DNA of 64,000 nucleotides from a virus, in IMG/VR virus record IMGVR_UViG_3300032524_000070. One strand, given 5' to 3'. Within the stretch, counting starts at the first letter, position 1. Each line of letters opens with the position of its first letter. Positions 57,620 to 64,000 of the stretch are shown here, piece by piece. The position numbers and the translations under genes are program-made. Under the pieces are notes generated by a model, which saw only the letters and a program-made list of their open reading frames with translations, ran no database searches and was not told where the DNA came from.

Positions 57620-58060
57620 TCAGACGACGTTGTACCGCTGGACGAGGTAGACGATCCCACCGACGCCACCAGCGAGGATGCAGAAGCAGCAGGCGTAGTA
57701 GGCGAGGTTGCTGAACAGGATGACCCCGACCGACTCGCTCATCACCTTGCGCTGGGCATCAATGCGTCGCCCGGCTTCAGCGAACTCCCGGTCGAAGCTG
57801 CTGCCGCCGCCGAAGAGGCTGCCGCCGCGTGACGGGCCACCTCCCGCCGGGTAGACCCGGCGACCGATGACGACCTTCTCGGGTCGTCCAGCGGGAGACC
57901 CGGCTTCGGGCTTCGGGCGCCGGAGCGAGGCAGCCACCTTGCTCTGGATGATGGAGCTGGCGATGATCTTGACGAGCAGCACCCCGACGATGCCGACGAC
58001 GAAGAGGCCGATGGAGATGTAGAAGAGAGCGGGGTTGGCCCCGGTCAGCAGGTCGGTCAT
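57620..58060 (-). CDS. Membrane protein with two hydrophobic segments (146 aa)
   Basis: AGGAG RBS on the minus strand; N- and C-terminal TM helices. Confidence 0.65.
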   Translation of the reverse strand: MTDLLTGANPALFYISIGLFVVGIVGVLLVKIIASSIIQSKVAASLRRPKPEAGSPAGRPEKVVIGRRVYPAGGGPSRGGSLFGGGSSFDREFAEAGRRIDAQRKVMSESVGVILFSNLAYYACCFCILAGGVGGIVYLVQRYNVV

Positions 58061-58263
58061 GGAGTGCTCCTGGTGGGGATGAGATCCCCGTTCTCGTCGT
58101 GGGTCGCCTTGTAGGCGACCTCGGCCCTGCGTCGGGCCTCTTCGGGTTCGATGTCAAAGTCATCGCCCACGGCGATGAGGAACGCGGTGGACCGAAGGTG
58201 AAGCTCCTTGCGCTGCACCGGGTCGGCGAGGATGGCCTTGATGTCCACGCGGCGACTGCTCAC
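58057..58263 (-). CDS. Small hypothetical protein (68 aa)
   Basis: Coupled to its neighbours by 4-nt overlaps; good codon bias on the minus strand. Confidence 0.6.
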   Translation of the reverse strand: MSSRRVDIKAILADPVQRKELHLRSTAFLIAVGDDFDIEPEEARRRAEVAYKATHDENGDLIPTRSTP

Positions 58264-59120
58264 AGCCCGGCCACCTTGATGTTCGGGTAGTCGGCCACGA
58301 GGTCACGGGCACCCTTGGCCGTCAGGTCCAGCACCTTGTTGCCCAGTCCGTTGAGGGCAGCCCACACGCCCTTGCCCATCGGCTTGACGATGACGATGGA
58401 ACCGTAAGGGCCGGTCAGCCTCGCGGCGGGCACCAGCGGCGTCGCAGCGGCTCCGATCTGGCTCTGGAGCCACTTCACGAGGGCCTGGAACAAGCCGATG
58501 TCAGTGCAGGTCTGGACGGCGAAGTGCTCGCTGTTGCTGCCGCCCCAGAAGATGGAGATCGCCCGGCCCATGTGCTTCGTGCAGAAGGTGGCGAGGTCGC
58601 CCTTGAAAGTGCCGTAGACGGCCCCCTGCCAGTCGGCGGGGAACTTGTCGAACTCGATCTCGATGTTCGAGCCCCTGATCCGCATCGACACCCCACCCGT
58701 GTTGCACCGCCACGATGTCGGGCTGGGTGCGGCAGGCTTCGCGGGGGCCACCGGGGCGTGCGTCCGGGGCGTGTTCTGAACGGTGTGCCGGGGCTTGGTG
58801 GGCGTGGCCTGCGGGGTCGTCCCCTTGATGGTGGACTGCTGCACCCGCACGAACGGGGTGTCGGCGTAGTCGTAGCCCTTGGCGATCTTCTCGGGAGCCG
58901 CCTTCTCGACGTAGTCCCAGTCCTTCACGATGATCTGCGCCTTGGCACCGATGCTGCCCCAGTGGATCTCGACTGGCTCGTTGCGGGCTCGACCCGTGCA
59001 GAGCCAGAACTTCTGACTCGGGTTGCCGTTGGCGGTCGTCCCGTAGAACTCCAGTCGGAAGGTCCAGGGTCGTCCCCTCCCCATCGTCCTGCGGGCATCA
59101 GCCAGTGTGAGTGTCGCCAT
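58260..59120 (-). CDS. WGR-domain protein (286 aa)
   Basis: SQKFW...VEIHWGSIGAKAQ...EKIAKGY is a WGR-domain pattern. ATG at 59120 with GGAG RBS, followed by a Pro/Thr/Ala linker. Confidence 0.7.
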   Translation of the reverse strand: MATLTLADARRTMGRGRPWTFRLEFYGTTANGNPSQKFWLCTGRARNEPVEIHWGSIGAKAQIIVKDWDYVEKAAPEKIAKGYDYADTPFVRVQQSTIKGTTPQATPTKPRHTVQNTPRTHAPVAPAKPAAPSPTSWRCNTGGVSMRIRGSNIEIEFDKFPADWQGAVYGTFKGDLATFCTKHMGRAISIFWGGSNSEHFAVQTCTDIGLFQALVKWLQSQIGAAATPLVPAARLTGPYGSIVIVKPMGKGVWAALNGLGNKVLDLTAKGARDLVADYPNIKVAGL

Positions 59121-59142
59121 GATCGTCTCCGTTCGTCCGTGT

Positions 59143-59173
59143 CTACTACTGACCGGGCTCGTCGTCTGAGCCC
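59143..59173 (-). promoter_or_regulatory. Putative early promoter copy 1 (GGGCTCAGA-N15-GTAGTAG)
   Basis: Minus strand GGGCTCAGA cgacgagcccggtca GTAGTAG, upstream of the WGR gene. Confidence 0.7.
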
Positions 59174-59442
59174 TACTCGTGCCCGAGCGCACAGGGGTCA
59201 TCGAACGCAGCCATGTCCCGCAATTCCAGGGCCTCCCGGTCGCCCTTCTCCGCGATCTGCCTGGCCACGTCGAGGGCGTGCTGGGCACTCTCGACTGACG
59301 GCATGGCGGTGTCGTCCTCGCGGGACCAGGCCACCCCCTTGGCGACCTTCACCAGCATGGCGATGGCGTGGGCCTCTGTCCCGAACCAGGACCCGTCCTG
59401 GTTCTCGCCCCGGAGGGCCGCTCGAATGGTGTCCTCGTTCAT
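59173..59442 (-). CDS. Hypothetical protein (89 aa)
   Basis: ATG at 59442 with GGAGG RBS (MNEDTIRAALRG...). Confidence 0.6.
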   Translation of the reverse strand: MNEDTIRAALRGENQDGSWFGTEAHAIAMLVKVAKGVAWSREDDTAMPSVESAQHALDVARQIAEKGDREALELRDMAAFDDPCALGHE

Positions 59443-59444
59443 GG

Positions 59445-59732
59445 CTACCAGCCTCCGTCGTAGCAGCCGTAGTCCTCGTCGGTGCCCCACCCGCAGGAGG
59501 CCAGAGCCGAACCCGCGTCACCGTCCATGTCGTCGTTGAAGTCGTCGGCGTAGTCGTCGCTGTCGTCGGCTACGGGCAGCGGGCGCTCGCACAGCGGGCA
59601 GTAGTCCGGCACGTCGCTCTCGCGGATTCGGAGGTTGCCCCACCCGCAGCCGCAGAGCACCTGGACCCAGGGGTTGCAGTCCTCGCAGGCCTCGGGGTCG
59701 TCGCAGCCTTCGCACTCGTTGTCGTCGTTCAT
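59445..59732 (-). CDS. Small Cys- and Asp-rich protein (95 aa), possible metal binding
   Basis: CEGC, CEDC, CGCG and CPLC motifs; acidic tail DGDAGSALASCGWGTDEDYG. It lies directly after promoter copy 2. Confidence 0.7.
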   Translation of the reverse strand: MNDDNECEGCDDPEACEDCNPWVQVLCGCGWGNLRIRESDVPDYCPLCERPLPVADDSDDYADDFNDDMDGDAGSALASCGWGTDEDYGCYDGGW

Positions 59733-59751
59733 CGTGTTCTCGCCTTCACCC

Positions 59752-59782
59752 CTACTACGGGCCACCCCACCGTTCTGAGCCC
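59752..59782 (-). promoter_or_regulatory. Putative early promoter copy 2 (leftward of divergent pair)
   Basis: Minus strand GGGCTCAGA acggtggggtggccc GTAGTAG. Confidence 0.75.
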
Positions 59783-59851
59783 CCTTTTCGAGGAATCCAG
59801 ATTCTTGCCCAGGTGGGCGAAAACGCAGGCATTTTCGATTCCTGCGATTGG

Positions 59852-59882
59852 GGGCTCAGAACCGGGACGTGCTCCGTAGTAG
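59852..59882 (+). promoter_or_regulatory. Putative early promoter copy 3 (rightward of divergent pair)
   Basis: GGGCTCAGA accgggacgtgctcc GTAGTAG. Confidence 0.75.
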
Positions 59883-59903
59883 GGGTGAAGGATGGAGAGC
59901 ACG

Positions 59904-60038
59904 ATGAAAGTCACGACCGCGCTGCGACGCCTGATTGTCCAGTCCAAGGCCTACGGCCATGCCACCAAGGGCAAGGGCAAGCGGGGCGCGAGCAAGGCCC
60001 GCCGTCAGGTCGGCAAGGCTCTCTGCCGGAACTTCTAG
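59904..60038 (+). CDS. Very basic 44-aa protein (not in ORF track)
   Basis: GGAGAG RBS. MKVTTALRRLIVQSKAYGHATKGKGKRGASKARRQVGKALCRNF* fills the space exactly between promoter copies 3 and 4. Confidence 0.7.
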   Translation: MKVTTALRRLIVQSKAYGHATKGKGKRGASKARRQVGKALCRNF

Positions 60039-60068
60039 GGCTCAGAAACTCAGACTGGCGAGTAGTCA
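60038..60068 (+). promoter_or_regulatory. Putative early promoter copy 4
   Basis: GGGCTCAGA aactcagactggcga GTAGTCA, upstream of 60087. Confidence 0.65.
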
Positions 60069-60086
60069 GATCGACTGGAGAACACG

Positions 60087-61250
60087 ATGCGAACCGACCC
60101 CGAAATCGAAGCTGCCTTTGCCGCCTTCGGCACCAGCAACCCCCCGGCAGGCACGAACCCCGCGTCGGGCCGACTGGTCGCCAACGTGGACGCCCTGCTG
60201 GACGCCCCCGACCTCGGCCCCAACCGCAGCCCCAAGGTGGTCATCCCCGCCGGGACGGGAACCTCGTCCAGCGCGGCCCACTCGGCTGCTGATGCCCTCG
60301 GCATCATCCGCGAGTGGCAGAAGGTCTTCACGCTGACAGCGACCCGCTGTACCTGCTGCGGCACCGACCTGCGGGACGCCGTGAGCGTGTCCCGAGGCAT
60401 CGGCCCGGACTGCTCCCGCCAGCACTACGAGATCGACTTCGACATCACCGACGCGATGTTCGAGGAGGCCCTCGGCCTGCTCCAGGCGAGCAAGCTCGAC
60501 AAGCTGGTCAAGCTCGCCGCCAAGGGCCTCAAGTCGAAGCCCCGCGACCTCTGCAACATCCTGATCTGGTGGTCCTCGGCCCACCTCGACAACACGCAGG
60601 TCGTCCTCGACTGCGCGAGCATCGTGACGGCCCTCGGCTTCGTCGGCCTCGGTGACCGGCTCCGCGAGCGCAACACCGATGTCATCATCAGCCGCGACCC
60701 CGCCGACGCGAACTTCTACGTCGTCCGCTGCCGCAGCAAGATGAACGTCCGCCGGAACATGCGGCAGGTCAAGGAGGCCACCTCGGTCCCCCGTGAAGGC
60801 CGCTTCACCTACGGCTGGCGCTTCCCGCTCATCCGCAAGTCCCTGGTCTGGACCATCCTCGGTGAGGACTTCGGCGGACAGTGGGTGACGGTCCCCGGCA
60901 TGATCGCTGGCAACCCCAGCCGGGTCGTCCAGATGGACGCGGCCTCCTGGTACGACGTGCGCGAAGCCCTCCGGGCTGCCTACAACCCGAAGCCGGCCGT
61001 CACCAAGGCGGCCCCCGCCGCCCCGGTCGTCAAGCCCGCCATCCTCCGGGTGCGGAACAACGGGCAGATGGATGTGATTGACCTCTACACCCCGAGCCGC
61101 AACTTCGGCTTCGTGGCCGAACTGAAGGCCCTGGTCCCCAGCCGGAACCGCACCTGGAACCGCGACTCGGGGTGCTGGACGGTCTTCTCGATGAGCCTCC
61201 AGCCCCGGCTGGTCGAACTGGTCGCCGCCCACTTCAACGGGGCGGTCTAG
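60087..61250 (+). CDS. DUF6011-like zinc-ribbon protein (387 aa)
   Basis: RCTCCGTDLRDAVSVSRGIGPDC fits the C..CG..L.D..S...GIGP.C pattern. C-terminal RTWNRDSGCW module. Confidence 0.65.
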   Translation: MRTDPEIEAAFAAFGTSNPPAGTNPASGRLVANVDALLDAPDLGPNRSPKVVIPAGTGTSSSAAHSAADALGIIREWQKVFTLTATRCTCCGTDLRDAVSVSRGIGPDCSRQHYEIDFDITDAMFEEALGLLQASKLDKLVKLAAKGLKSKPRDLCNILIWWSSAHLDNTQVVLDCASIVTALGFVGLGDRLRERNTDVIISRDPADANFYVVRCRSKMNVRRNMRQVKEATSVPREGRFTYGWRFPLIRKSLVWTILGEDFGGQWVTVPGMIAGNPSRVVQMDAASWYDVREALRAAYNPKPAVTKAAPAAPVVKPAILRVRNNGQMDVIDLYTPSRNFGFVAELKALVPSRNRTWNRDSGCWTVFSMSLQPRLVELVAAHFNGAV

Positions 61251-61256
61251 CCCGCC

Positions 61257-61517
61257 ATGGGCTTCATCAACTCCCAGATCAGAGCCCTCGACACGAGAGG
61301 GTGGTGGGACGGGTTCGTGGTCAACAAGAGCGAGCACCCCTTGAAGCTGGGGTTCGCCTACGAGGGTCGGCCCAGCTTCATCCGCCGGGAGCGCCCAGCC
61401 CAGGTAGAGCCCGGAGAGATCGTTCAACGAGTACGAGTGTGGCCGAGGTACAGAGGCATCGACCTCGTGTGCCAGTACCAAGCCCACCCTGACCCGCAAC
61501 CGGAGACCCCGCAGTGA
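61257..61517 (+). CDS. Hypothetical protein (86 aa)
   Basis: Fills the gap between 60087 and 61514 with a 4-nt overlap. Confidence 0.5.
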   Translation: MGFINSQIRALDTRGWWDGFVVNKSEHPLKLGFAYEGRPSFIRRERPAQVEPGEIVQRVRVWPRYRGIDLVCQYQAHPDPQPETPQ

Positions 61518-62626
61518 CCGAGCCCCATCCCTTCGTTGCCATTCTGACCGCCAGCCGCAAGCTCAAGAGCCCGACGTTGGAGCAGGTGCAGGCCATCACC
61601 CCGCACATCCCGGACGACGTGATCGCCGCGAAGTACGACGAGATCCTCAACGGGGTCGCGCCCGTCCCGGAAGGGCTCGCTGCCATCCTCTCCGACCTGG
61701 ATGACGAGCAGGAGGCCCAGGCCCAGCAGATCTGGAAGGACAACGGGTACCGGACGCTGGACGCGAGCATCCCGGACAACATCCGGGAGCGTGTCCAGGA
61801 GATCGGCAAGGCCATCTCGGACACCAAGCATCGCGGCTGGTACTTCGCCGTCCCCGGCGTTCACGTCGATGGGGCCGTCTACAACTTCAACCTCTCCTGG
61901 TCGGCGGAACACGGCTCGAAGCTCACGGGCGACTACTGCTCGAACCTCCGGGTCGGCCAGAAGACCGTCCCGGCCTTCGGAGCCGAGGCCCACGCTTGGC
62001 AGCGCGAGCACATCGACACGGGCACCTGGCCCGTGAACCCGCAGCTCATCGACCCCACGGACGGCCACGGCCTCCGTCAGCCTCGCTGGGGCTGGTTCTG
62101 CGAGAACCCCGTCAAGGACCCGAGCCGTCGCGTGCCGGACTGGTCCGCTCTCAAGGCCGGGGCCAGCCCCTCGCCGGTCAAGGTGGGGAAGGGGATGCAG
62201 GATGGTCGCCCGGTGCGTGTCGCTGCCCTCGCCTTCGTGTTCAAGGTCGCCATGGGGCCGAACGACCGCCAGACCCACCACGACGGGGAAGCCGAAGAGG
62301 CCGACTGCGACCTCATCATCCACAGCAGCCAGAAGCTCCTCTGGGCCGAGGTCAAGGGGGCCAACGACCACATCAGCGGAGCCCCCACCACCTACTGCGC
62401 CCTCTGCGGTGACTCGCTCGGGACCACGGGCTGCTGCGGCTACTTCTACCGGGACGACCAGTCCGACTGCGGCGGTGGCCCGCCCATCAACAAGACGGCC
62501 CAGGCCCTCATCGAGGCGAACGGCTGGACCTTCGAGTCCGACCCCCAGCTCGCCCGTGACGCCCGCAAGGCGTACCTCGCACAGCAGCGGGCCGAAACCG
62601 AGGCCTGGATGGCGGCTCGCTCATGA
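61514..62626 (+). CDS. Hypothetical protein (370 aa) with Cys-rich C-terminal motif
   Basis: GTGA overlap; high GC3; CALCG...GCCG...C motif. Confidence 0.65.
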   Translation: MTEPHPFVAILTASRKLKSPTLEQVQAITPHIPDDVIAAKYDEILNGVAPVPEGLAAILSDLDDEQEAQAQQIWKDNGYRTLDASIPDNIRERVQEIGKAISDTKHRGWYFAVPGVHVDGAVYNFNLSWSAEHGSKLTGDYCSNLRVGQKTVPAFGAEAHAWQREHIDTGTWPVNPQLIDPTDGHGLRQPRWGWFCENPVKDPSRRVPDWSALKAGASPSPVKVGKGMQDGRPVRVAALAFVFKVAMGPNDRQTHHDGEAEEADCDLIIHSSQKLLWAEVKGANDHISGAPTTYCALCGDSLGTTGCCGYFYRDDQSDCGGGPPINKTAQALIEANGWTFESDPQLARDARKAYLAQQRAETEAWMAARS

Positions 62627-62838
62627 ACGTCTACATCATCACCCTCTGCCAGGGCAGTGACCTCTACTTCTACATCCTCGACGAGGCCAACTGGGGCAAG
62701 CTCGGGGACGGCCCGCTCTGCGAGGCCCTCAACAACGTCGAGCCCCTCGACGACTTCTTCACCCTCAAGGCGGTATTCGACCGGGTGACCGCCGAAGGCT
62801 GGACGGTCGCTGCAACAGCCGAAGGAGCGATGTACTGA
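62623..62838 (+). CDS. Small acidic hypothetical protein (71 aa)
   Basis: ATGA and TGATG coupling to its neighbours. Confidence 0.6.
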   Translation: MNVYIITLCQGSDLYFYILDEANWGKLGDGPLCEALNNVEPLDDFFTLKAVFDRVTAEGWTVAATAEGAMY

Positions 62839-63119
62839 TGGACCTGAACACACAACGGGCTTTCGCTGACGCCCTGCAAGCCCTGTTCAAGGACGTGCCG
62901 AACAACGTCGGCAAGGAGCCGGAGATCATCGCCCTGATGGACGAGCACCTCGGAGGCCGCATCAAGGCCGCCGGGCTGGTGGATGACCTCTGGCCATTCC
63001 TCGGCATCGTCAACGACTTCGAGAGCCTGCGGACCAGAGCCCACGTCGAGGAGATGCAGGCCCGGCAGGTGAAGTTCCGGGCAGAGGTGGACGCCCGCCT
63101 GGCCACGCAGGAGGGCTGA
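62838..63119 (+). CDS. Hypothetical protein (93 aa)
   Basis: AAGGAG RBS; TGATG coupling. Confidence 0.6.
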   Translation: MDLNTQRAFADALQALFKDVPNNVGKEPEIIALMDEHLGGRIKAAGLVDDLWPFLGIVNDFESLRTRAHVEEMQARQVKFRAEVDARLATQEG

Positions 63120-63121
63120 TG

Positions 63122-63153
63122 CGGTAGCGTGCCTATGAACCCGAAGGGGTGGA
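63122..63153 (+). promoter_or_regulatory. Putative late-promoter motif copy 5
   Basis: CGGT-AGCGT-GCCTATGaacccgaaggGGTGGA, upstream of the PG-binding protein gene. Confidence 0.6.
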
Positions 63154-63159
63154 GGCACG

Positions 63160-63906
63160 ATGCACCGGATTCGCCTGACCACGCACCACGGCCTGATCGT
63201 CGCCCCCGACGTTGCAGACGCCATGCGTGCGCTGGAAGTGGCAGCCAGCAACAACGGCAAGTGGCGAGTCCGCTTCACCGCCCCCGCCCCCCAGCCCTAC
63301 AGCCCCACCTCGCTCGTCCCCGCTGGCCGTGAGGTCACCCTCGTCTTCGAGAAGGACGGCGTAGACCCGCTGACGGCCCTGCACGCGGCCTGGGGTGCGG
63401 CCATCCCGCTGGGGTTCACCCCCCGGCTCCGCGACCCCCTCATCGAGCCCGGCTGCACGGTGTTCAGATTCTTCGGTCCCTGGCAGTCCCTCTACGGGAA
63501 GCTCCTGGCCGAAGGGCGTGGTCACCTTGCGTGGCCCTCCGTCTGCTGTGCAGCCCAGCTCGATGCCGGAGCCTGGCAGGGGGACAAGGAAGAAACCCGC
63601 TTCGTCCAGGCCCAGCTTCACCGACTCGGGCGGAACCCCGGCCCCATCGACGGCGTGATCGGGCAGCGAACAGCCGCCGCCGTCGAGAGCCTGAACCTGC
63701 CTCGCGGGTCGTTGACCATCGTGGCGGACCATCTGCGGACGGCAGAGGGGCACAAGAATCTGGACAAGGTGACGCGGGGCCACCTGCACATCCCAGGACA
63801 GCAGCTCGTGGTCGAAGGCTACGGAGGGGTCAAGGCATGGCCGATGGACAACGGTGCGGGCTTCGAGGTGACCGGGCCGGGTCGCATCGTGGTGGACGTG
63901 CGGTGA
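63160..63906 (+). CDS. Peptidoglycan-binding domain protein (possibly degenerate endolysin)
   Basis: VQAQLHRLGRNPGPIDGVIGQRTAAAV is a PG_binding_1 signature; GGAGG RBS. Confidence 0.7.
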   Translation: MHRIRLTTHHGLIVAPDVADAMRALEVAASNNGKWRVRFTAPAPQPYSPTSLVPAGREVTLVFEKDGVDPLTALHAAWGAAIPLGFTPRLRDPLIEPGCTVFRFFGPWQSLYGKLLAEGRGHLAWPSVCCAAQLDAGAWQGDKEETRFVQAQLHRLGRNPGPIDGVIGQRTAAAVESLNLPRGSLTIVADHLRTAEGHKNLDKVTRGHLHIPGQQLVVEGYGGVKAWPMDNGAGFEVTGPGRIVVDVR

Positions 63907-64000
63907 TGCGGCAGATCAAGACCAGCTCCAGAGCTGAGAACGCTCTGATGGAGGGGGTCGGCAAGGCCCTGGACTCCAAGCTCACCGACATCGGGCACGC
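63906..64000 (+). CDS. Hypothetical protein, 3' truncated by window
   Basis: TGATG-coupled ATG at 63906; MRQIKTSSRAENALMEGVGKALDSKLTDIGH... stays open to the window end. Confidence 0.5.
   Translation, partial: MRQIKTSSRAENALMEGVGKALDSKLTDIGH

Noticed and set aside
59143-60068. Repeated GGGCTCAGA...GTAGT units as CRISPR repeats or integron attC sites
   Set aside because: They occur on both strands with a variable 15-nt centre, always just upstream of an RBS/ATG, and lack consistent attC-type dyad symmetry. A promoter is the simpler reading.
1-64000. tRNA, rRNA, integrase/transposase, reverse transcriptase or DGR template-variable repeat pair
   Set aside because: None recognised; intergenic gaps are too short for structured RNA genes and no adenine-specific repeat pair was seen.

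Overview
High-GC (roughly two-thirds G+C by eye) segment of what looks like a jumbo myovirus-type phage genome. 1-56.4 kb is a single, tightly coupled (TGATG/ATGA overlaps) + strand virion morphogenesis cluster. It contains a spike-like gene (5' partial), gp25-like, baseplate J/gp6-like and gpI/gp7-like wedge genes, and nine very large structural or fibre-like proteins of about 1,000-3,700 aa (counting the baseplate J gene). It is followed by a SAP-domain gene, a holin-like gene and a frameshifted APS/PAPS reductase (cysH). From 57.6 kb there is a divergently arranged cluster of small, probably early genes (WGR-domain, Cys/Asp-rich, DUF6011-like), then a peptidoglycan-binding protein. The most striking feature is three free-standing homing-endonuclease-like genes (two NUMOD3 + PD-(D/E)XK, one tandem HNH). 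Each sits at the end of a structural gene and appears to have replaced that end with a recoded copy. The HNH ORF begins with the same MALDHG peptide as the downstream 2082-aa gene, whose start is synonymously recoded. The first PD-(D/E)XK gene leaves an orphaned 5' stub and supplies a new N-terminus. The second abuts an abruptly recoded 3' end of the same gene. Two unannotated bipartite promoter-like motifs are also visible: CGGT-N5-GCCTATR-N10/11-GGTGAG-like (5 copies, before structural/late genes) and GGGCTCAGA-N15-GTAGT (4 copies, before early-type genes). There is also apparent avoidance of several 6-bp palindromes. All protein family calls are from motif recognition by eye, not database searches.
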